A stretch of DNA of 64,000 bases from the human T2T-CHM13v2.0 reference genome, Homo sapiens, in assembly GCF_009914755.1 (NCBI RefSeq), contig NC_060932.1. One strand, given 5' to 3'. The stretch's first letter is position 1. Each line of letters begins with the position of its first letter. This document shows positions 55,496 to 64,000 of this stretch, one piece after another. Below the pieces are notes generated by a model. It did no database searches. It was not told the DNA's origin and worked only from the letters and a program-made list of their open reading frames with translations. The translations under genes and the position numbers were made by a program.

Positions 55496-56894
55496 CTTGT
55501 CCATTGCTTCTTAAAATCACATTTACTGTTAATTTCTCTCTTAAATTCTCCAGTTATTCTGACTAGTAAATGGACAGCCTTGTTTCCACACATTAATGTA
55601 CTTGAGTGTGACAGCTGAGAACTCTCCCACTTTCCTGCATGTTAACCTATTGCCTTGGTTTTCCAGCTACATAATCATGCTTTCACTCTTTGTCCTTCTG
55701 TTTCAGCAGTTTGTTGGAAATTCTTAGATTGGTTTTGGTTTCTTGTTGTCTTTACCAACTCAGTGTCATAAGTTGTATTTAAAATTGTTGAACTTTCTGT
55801 TTTATAACTTACAGTAGATTTTATCTCCAGGAACTTTTTTGTAATTGGAATGCATATTGACTTACTACTGAATGCTTATTACTAATAACACTTTCTATTG
55901 AGACAACAATGTTCTCCGCAGAATGAATGGTATGAGCACATGCATTGGAATGAAAACATTTGAGACTTGATTTGAAAGCTGTATTCACAGGTTTTGCTGT
56001 GAAAAATGTTATGCTTTATTGGGAAGTAATGCTGAAAAGGTAGAGATTATGCATAGGTTCACCTCCAAGACCGGCCTGTCAATGAAGCATAAATAAATTG
56101 GGGAGATCGTTATTTCGGCAAAGTATTATGTGGCTTTACTGTTTAAAATATGTTGGCATGTGTGTGTATAAAGCTAAAATAAGCCATTGATCATGTATAC
56201 TTTTTAAAATAAGTGATTTGAGTTTTTGTGGGTATGCACTGAAGGAACTATCTTTTAAATTGTTTAATTGTGGATACTATATTATCTTTTCTATTCTCAA
56301 TATTTGTGACATATAATAAAATGTTTTGTACTCATTCTTTCTAATGTGTTCATTTTGCTCTGTATAAACTTCACGGCCTTTAAAAAGGCATCTGGGAAAA
56401 TGTCAGGGTGTTTTTTTTTTTTTTTTTTGACAAATTGGAAATGCCACATTCAGATGACTTCTTAGGAAGAATAAAATGTTGTTATTCTGAGTCTAGGTTT
56501 GAACTTTAAAGATTCATCTCATTTTAGTATAAAGTGTTTTATTTACCAAGAACTTCAGTAGGCTTTCTTGTCACCTGAATGGCAAGTTAATTCAGAAGGA
56601 ACGTATCAAAATAATAAAATGAGAAAAGTTAGGAACCAGCATTAGCTGAGTCACAATCCCCTGCTTAACCTTATTTGCCAGTGCGCACTCAGAAGAACTG
56701 CTTCTTACCAAAACATCTGTCTCTTCAGCTTTCAGTAGGAAGCAGTGTCCTTTGGCTTACAAAGAAGTGGTAACAGAACTAAGCGAAGATGAATGAAACA
56801 GTTTGAAATTGGCATTGGTAGATTTAGTTTCTTTTTTTAAGCAATTAAAAGCCCGCAGCACTGTGATTGGCATTTTTGACGTTTAGCTTGTGCT

Positions 56895-56946
56895 ACTTAG
56901 TATCAGAGACTTAGTATCAGGGACTTATCAGTAAGTCCCTGATACT
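56895..56946. repeat. 14-bp tandem repeat overlapping a perfect 15-bp inverted repeat
   Basis: agtatcagggactta-tcag-taagtccctgatact at 56913-56946. Confidence 0.95.
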
Positions 56947-57957
56947 TACTGTAATTGCTGTATCTTGCTAAGACCTGCTGTTTAGATATTTCTTAGGTCA
57001 TAAAATGAATGCTTATTAGATTGTTTCTTGTGAGAACTAAGGACCAATGTAGAGATCATTTATTACCAGAGTATGATTATTAGCATTTTATGCCAAAGGA
57101 ATTATTTCTGCATACCCCATTCAGCATTTTTATATACTGAGAAATAACATTAATAAATATCTAATTATTTGTCCTTGACTCGGCATTTTTCTTCATAGTT
57201 GTTAATATAATTAATTTTTTCACCAAGTAATTTTTTTATCCTTTGACACGTGAAAAGACTAATCATATAATTACAGTGTTTTCATCATGCTACTGCCCTA
57301 CTCTAACATTTTGAGTTGTTTACAGTGCTTACAGAGTCCAGGCTTAACATCCATATATATGTACAAGGTTGTCTAAAGTTTTGAGGAGAGACAAGTATAT
57401 ATTGGCATTATATGCTTGTACAGCTACTGCTAACTTATCTTTCTGATTCTTCTCTAAGGCCCCAGAGCTAAATCTGCAGTTCAGCTGGGTTAGTCATTTT
57501 ATTACTCCAGAACATCCTGTTTCCCTCAGCCTTTCTGGAATACTCTGTTCCCTCTGTTCATTTTCTTCCTTTCTTCAAAGGCTAGCTCAAAGCTCAGATT
57601 TCTTGAAAGGAGAAACTTGTCCTAATCAGTCCAACTCAGAAAAGTCTTTTCATCTTCTGGTCTGTAAGAAATAGTCGGTTCTACTCATTTCGTGTTCATG
57701 CTTGGCTGAGCTCGTCTTTTACATCTTCTAAGAAGCTTTTCTAGACTTCGATTTTTCTCATTTCTCTTATATTTTATTTATATTGTTTATAGGTGGGTCC
57801 TTCTATTCTTTCAAGCATGTAAGTTCTTGTTAGATAATATTTTCCATTAAGGTTTTTTTCTTTATCTTCCACAGTACCTTATATACTACTTTCAACAAAA
57901 ATTAGTTAATGTTTGTTTGCATTTGAGTTGGAATGTCATGTGCTTGATAGAATGAAC

Positions 57958-58025
57958 CTTAGTCTTAGTTCCTTAGTCTAACCTCTGGTTTCTTAGTCTT
58001 AGTTCCTTAGTCTAACCTCTGGTTT
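57958..58025 (+). repeat. Perfect 34-bp tandem duplication
   Basis: (cttagtcttagttccttagtctaacctctggttt)x2. Confidence 0.97.
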
Positions 58026-59539
58026 GAGTCTCAGGAATATATTTACATCCAGGTTTGGTCCTTTGAAGATATCACAGACTAGTCCCTTTTTCACATGATG
58101 TCCTTTAAATATTTGAGTAATATCTGATATTTTAACATTTACTATGTGATACATCCTGTGCTAAGCATTTTGTAACTAAAATAATGAAGATTTTTGTTAT
58201 GCATTATAAATTGTTCTTAGTAGCCTTCAAATACACCACAATCTGTGCAGTTAGTTAAATTCAACAGCAGTTCATTTTTGCAGAATCTGTGAAGTGGGGC
58301 AAAACGTCCTTCAATTATCAGTAAGTTACCTACTTAGCTCTTGCAGGCAGGTAATGCATTGCACTCCATTTCCAATCAATAATATGTGATGAGCATCCAG
58401 AGAATTATATAAAAATGATTATGAAGAAATTATCTTGATTTGATTTGAGGACATTAAATATGAAAACACAAAAGCATAAAAATGATACAAATATACTGGC
58501 TTCTGCAAAAATCTGAATGAGGAAGTTCTTAGTAATATGTTTCCTGTGGCAGAGGGAAGTAATTTTTTTTTTAATAAGGTCTTCTCTCCCTGAAGACCTG
58601 ATTATAATTTTTAAAAGATAACTCTTAATGCTATATTAAGTATAGTGAGTGCTTTTAGGTAAAGTTGCCTTAAATTGGGTTTTAGTAGAAAGATCTTCTA
58701 CCTGTACTTTGTCCCTGATCCTGTGTTTTCCTTCACAGTTGTTAAAATAATTATCCCCCTCCCAAATTTTGCTAAGGCCTAAAACAGAACAGTAGTGTAT
58801 ACAATAATGAATATGCCAGGCTAATGTTGGTATTCATTGTGGCTAGATTATTTTATTTTAATGTTATTATTTTTTTTTGAGTTTTAAAATAAATGCAACA
58901 AGGTCAGTAATCACACTGTCAAGGCTAAAGCCAGATCAGTCAGTGAATAAAATAGTTAAAATCTATTATAGGGTTATAGTTGATTATTAGCTTTATTGTG
59001 TTGTAAGACTAGATAAAAAAAAGACTAGAAGACTAGCTTCATGTTATAAAAATTATAAACAATATACTTCAAATATTAATATGAATTGCTGTCTCAAAGG
59101 CTAATTCATTGATCAAGAAATGCAATATATTAGTCACAGAGTTTCAGAATATATTATGGTGACTTTAAAAAACCATTTTTATTGTCTGTGATTTCAAATT
59201 TAACTTCTTTGTAAACATCTGTGATGTACTATATAGTTAAAATTAACAGACTGAAATTATTACTTTTTTGGGTGTAAAAATAGCACATTTTAAACACCAG
59301 AACTACATCAAAAATGATGAAATTGAAGAAATAAAAAAAATTTGTATCTTCTTATTTCGTGTGGTCAAAGCTTTATTGTGGCACAGTGATGCAAAATGAC
59401 CTATAATGGCATATGGGGGTGCTAGATACTAAAAATTACATTTTAAGATATATGTCTGCTTACTGCCAAAACTTATTTACTTTATAGCTCAGGAAACACA
59501 CCTGTAAGTTGTTTTTTTAAAAAAAAATTTTGGAGGGTA

Positions 59540-59699
59540 TTTTTTGAGAAAGGATCTTGCTCTGTTGCTCAGGCTGGAGTGCAGTGGCATGATTGTAGCT
59601 CACTGCAACCTCAGTCTCCTGGGCTCAGGTGATACTCCCTCCTTAGCCTCCCGAGTAACTGAGGCTATGAATGTGTGCCACCGTGTCCAGCTAGTTTTT
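59540..59699 (-). mobile_element. Alu monomer fragment (AluJ/FRAM-like)
   Basis: Single diverged Alu arm. Confidence 0.8.
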
Positions 59700-61779
59700 A
59701 TGATAATCAGTTTAAACTTTCTATGTACTTTAAGTGTGGGAGTCAAATGCTGTTAGTTTTCATTTTTTATTATAGCATTTTGACTATAACTGATTGCAAC
59801 TTATAAAATGATTAATATTTTAGTCTAATATATTAGAGAGGACTTCACATTTCCAAGGTTGCATTTTTCTTTCACGGAGGGGAAAGATGTTCATTGTAGC
59901 TGTGGACTTTCTTAGCAGTCATTTCTGGATTCCTTCTCAATGTAACATTTCACCCTGTGAGTCTTTCAGAAATGAATAAACCACAGCTCTGCCCTTGAGG
60001 AGCTTATAGACCTCTGAGAAAAATAGATCAATAAGTTATTAACCCAAATGGTAATGGTTGTGGCAGCAGAGAGAGTAGCACCTGCCTAGCTTTAGGTCGT
60101 GGTTAAGGACAACTTGAAGAATAATGCTGGGCTGAGGCTGGGAGGTAAGTTAGCTGAAGACAGGGACAACATGAGCAGAAGCCTGGCCTATTCTTCATAC
60201 ATGTTAGTTTGCCACTGCCTTTTTTTGTAGTGTGGCAGACAACATTGCCTATTTGCTCAGTATCCAAGCTATCAGATTATTAAGCAAAAGTACTAAATGC
60301 AGAGCTTTGTGGCAGTGACTGGAAATCTTCCTCTAGGTTACTGTTCCCCAAACTTGAGAACTCTGACCATTAAAGTGTTGTCACACCCTACATCAAAAAA
60401 TTGCTGCATGAAAAGTTAAATATTATTATTTTAGGTGATTATTTGGTGCTAATATGATTTTAGACACGGAAGTGAACATGGGCAGCAAAGTCGGTATAGT
60501 ATTACATGGTTATAAGGTGGTCATACATATACTCATATACAAAATGAAATGGTTTTTAGCAAGAGCTTTTTTTAGGAACCATAACGTGTGTGCCAATCAG
60601 TTACCAGCTATCTGTTAATTTTTTGGCATTGAGTTTATTCATTTACAATTTACAACTTCTTTTGTCTCTTCACTTACTGGAAATTGAATTATCGTTTATT
60701 ATTTTAGAAAAAAAACCAAAAAGTTAAAAAGTGAGAGTATAAAAAGATGAATGAGAAGAGCCCTTCCCTTATGAAACTACCCGGAAACAAGTTAAAGAGC
60801 AGATATAGATGTGATGAACTGTGAAAGCCTTGCAAATTCCCATCCTTTTAGAACTTCCTGTTCATCATGATTTTGCAAGCATTGATAGTAATTCTGCAGC
60901 TATAATCTTAAAATTGTCTTCTGACAATGGAAAATAAAATCTGACAACTATAATTTTTTGAATTTTAGTCTTTCTAGTTTGGGAACTTCTTGAAGACATA
61001 CATGTTGCATTCCTGGCACTTTGCGTGTAGTTAAGTACCTTATAAACCTAATTGATTGGTTGACTAGTCATGAAATACTTAAAATGTTCTTTGAATGTCT
61101 CTCCTGGAAGAATGCTTCAAATGTGGAACTTCTGTTACTGTGTGTATTATAAGAATAAGATAGTTGCCCAATTCTTGATCCTGTTAGAAGAAATCTCTGC
61201 TTTTCTTATACGTTCGACATTAAATGCTAAATGAAGGGTGGGGTTTCTGCAGACATTATACAATTTTTTTCTTCAGACATTTATCATCAGATTTTCCTTT
61301 TGTTGTTATTCTGATCAATTATTTTATCCTACAGCATTTACTAGAAATTATAAAATGTAATCTTAAATTCTGTATTTTAGATAGCAGACTTTTATCTTGC
61401 CAAAAGCTGATTAAAGTAGCAATAAATTAGTAAATCCTCATAAAGGAAATTTCTTATTACCTAAATAATAAGTTATAATCTTGTTGTAAACTATGTTATC
61501 AGTTTCTCCTTTTTCCATGTCAGATGTGGTCTATAGAACAATGATTTTCAGTCTGGATATTCTGAAACTGCCACTGTTGTGATTTATTTTGGTCACAATA
61601 TTTAGTCCATCTTGAAATTTTAAATTACATTATTGTAAAATCATGTTTTCCTTTTTACTTGCATTTAAAATATTCTTAATTTCTTTTTCTGATGTTTCCT
61701 CATTACTGGAGCTTTTTTTAAAGTCCATGTATCTTATCTCTATAATTGGTACCTTTGTAAAAAGTACAGTATTTGAAAA

Positions 61780-62615
61780 ATTATTCTTTGCATTTTCTAA
61801 CACAATCCTTTTGTAATTTTCTTTCTGTTTATTCAGAGGTCTTCTCTTTCTGCTCTTATTGTGCTGATCATCCCTTAAATGTTTTCTTACCTCAGGATTC
61901 TCTAAGTCTCCTATTTGCCTTCAGTGATCTCAGCAGATTTGCTTTTGCTATCACTTAAATGCTTTTGGTTTTTAAATTTGTTTCTAGTTTAGATCAATTG
62001 TCTGCTACAGGATATCCCACCTTCAAGTTTACCTCAAATTTAATATGTGCAAAACAGAATTCATTCTCTCTTCTTGATATCCTCCTTTTACCCCAGAGTG
62101 TATCCTCTTGTGTTCCTTGTTGGTCAGTGACACTAGCATCCAACCAGTTGTCCAAACTTTCCTGTCTCTTCCTCTTTACCTTCTATACTCAGTTGTTTCC
62201 AAGTCAGCTTCCTGCAAGTTTGCCTAGGCATTTTTCTCATGTTGCAGAACTTTATGCTTACTTTCAAATTAAAACCACATTGTTTAAACCTCTTAAGAGC
62301 CTTAATAGATGTGGCTCCCTTTGCCTGGGAATAATAATCCTCTCCTCTTTGCCTAATTTCTACTTTTTCTTCAAGACTTAATTTAGTCATTACTTCTTGC
62401 AGAAAGGTTTGTTATCCCATTAGCTATTATCTCATAGCAACCTGTGATAGTTGTTATCACAGAGATAATTCTTGCTGTATGTGATTATCTTTTCCCACCA
62501 GACTACGAGCTACTAAATGGCCAGGGATTGTGGCCTGTATTTGTATTCCCTACATTTAGTTTAGTGCCTAGGGCATGGTAGGCTTCACTAAATGATTGTT
62601 AAAAGAATACATGAG
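61780..62615. mobile_element. L2 fragments
   Basis: 'ccaccagactacgagctactaaatggccagggattgtg...tagtgcctagggcatggtaggcttcactaaatg'. Confidence 0.55.
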
Positions 62616-64000
62616 ATTGGGTATTGTTTTTCCCATTTATGTATATTTCTGAGGCACATTTGTTTTTTGGTTTTCAGAGGGTAGCAGTTTCACCTGTGTC
62701 CCTCTCTGAGTTGAGAACCAACTGAAATACAGAAATATAAGAGTCAGTTTGAAGCAAGTCAAAATACCAGTTTTACTACTAGTAAAGCTGGGTTGGAGAA
62801 TGCATCTTGATCTTTGTCCATTATCAGTCTTTCTGTTACTTTTCCTCCAAATCTAAACTTTCCAATGATGTATCTGAGGGACACCCCAAGTTAGCAGAGC
62901 AAACACATTGACCAAGCCTTTTGCAAGGAAGGCACATTGATTCAAACTGCCCTATAACTCCATGGAGATCATGTAAAGATACACACTTCCAGACCCAGGT
63001 ATGCTTATAAGCAGGAAGAATGAATTGCAGACTGCACATCTGAAGGAGAAACTCTTAAGAGTTTGTTTATTCATTCATTTAACAAATAGATATTGAGCTC
63101 TTACCATGTGCTGGATGGACATTGTGCAGATGGTGCAGATATAGATTTGGTGCTTATGTTTTAGAGCCTACTAGGTTCCTTTTTTCCAGACTGACGAGTA
63201 AAATAAGTCACTTTTCCTCTTATAGCAGAAGTCTTCTCTAGGGAAGATAGGAACAGATGAATAGAATAGTTTATCCAAAGGTATAACCTGTTCTCTAGCC
63301 ATTGCATGTAAAATAATTCCCAAGGACTGATAATTTTAAGAACACGGTGGAATGAAATACAGAGAAACATATCAGCACAATCTTAAGAGAAATTTCAAAG
63401 GTCTGGTCATATTTTAGAAAAACGTGGAAAATTTGATCATGATAATTTCACTTTTCCTTTACTATACTTGAAATACTTGGCTTAGGATTTTAAAGACCAT
63501 TTAGTCATGATTTATTTCTGACATGAGTCTGCTAAGTATTCATTTATACAAGTTACTTAGAAAATCTACTCCCTAATGAGGTCTGGTGGCAGCATTTGAA
63601 AATAATGGGGAAATTCTAGTGGTCTTAGCCACAAATACCAGCTCCCTGTTGCCAGTGATAGGTCTTTATCACATCAGCATCTCCTGTGAAGTCTTTTCTG
63701 AATGTCATAGCATTCATTATTTTTCTCACTCATTTGGTCTCCTGGTTCTTTATAGTGCTATTTATGATTCAGTTATTGTAATATATAAGATGATCTTACG
63801 AGGTGCAGCCTATATTATAACTTATCTATTGCATAACTTAGGTAAGGACAGTTTCCCGAATACCTGAAGTACACAATAAGAAAAAGTCATATGCTAAATT
63901 CTCTACATCATTATACAAGGGGAGTGGTTCTCTAGAGCAATGGCTCCCGAATGAACGTGGGTGTGCATGAGGGCCATGGTGGGAGGGGGAGGCTTATTTT

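Overview
Primate, almost certainly human, genomic DNA with little coding sequence and a high interspersed-repeat content. The only cellular gene I can support starts in a CpG island at ~36.8-37.85 kb. Its first exon carries 10 coding bases (ATG CCT ACC C, then a GTGAGT donor), matching the N-terminus of EFR3A as I recall it (MPTR-VCCCC). I see no second exon, so everything from 37,234 onward is read as intron 1. Upstream there is a 5'-truncated L1PA3-like element nested in a short L1MA insertion, a three-layer MLT1/inverted L1MA/ERV1-LTR nest, and a full-length ~6.2 kb L1PA5-7-type element on the minus strand. Thirteen Alus and many LTR, L2, MIR and DNA-transposon relics are spread across the window. 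No new gene family or complete system can be demonstrated from sequence alone. The best leads are: (1) the full-length L1 keeps an open, extended antisense ORF0 pointing at EFR3A, with a phase-1 donor in frame for EFR3A exon 2; (2) a strong-Kozak 11-codon uORF ends 35 nt before the EFR3A ATG; (3) several exact duplications and hairpins look like replication-error scars. Repeat subfamily names come from memory of consensus sequences and need RepeatMasker/Dfam confirmation. Boundaries of old repeats are approximate.
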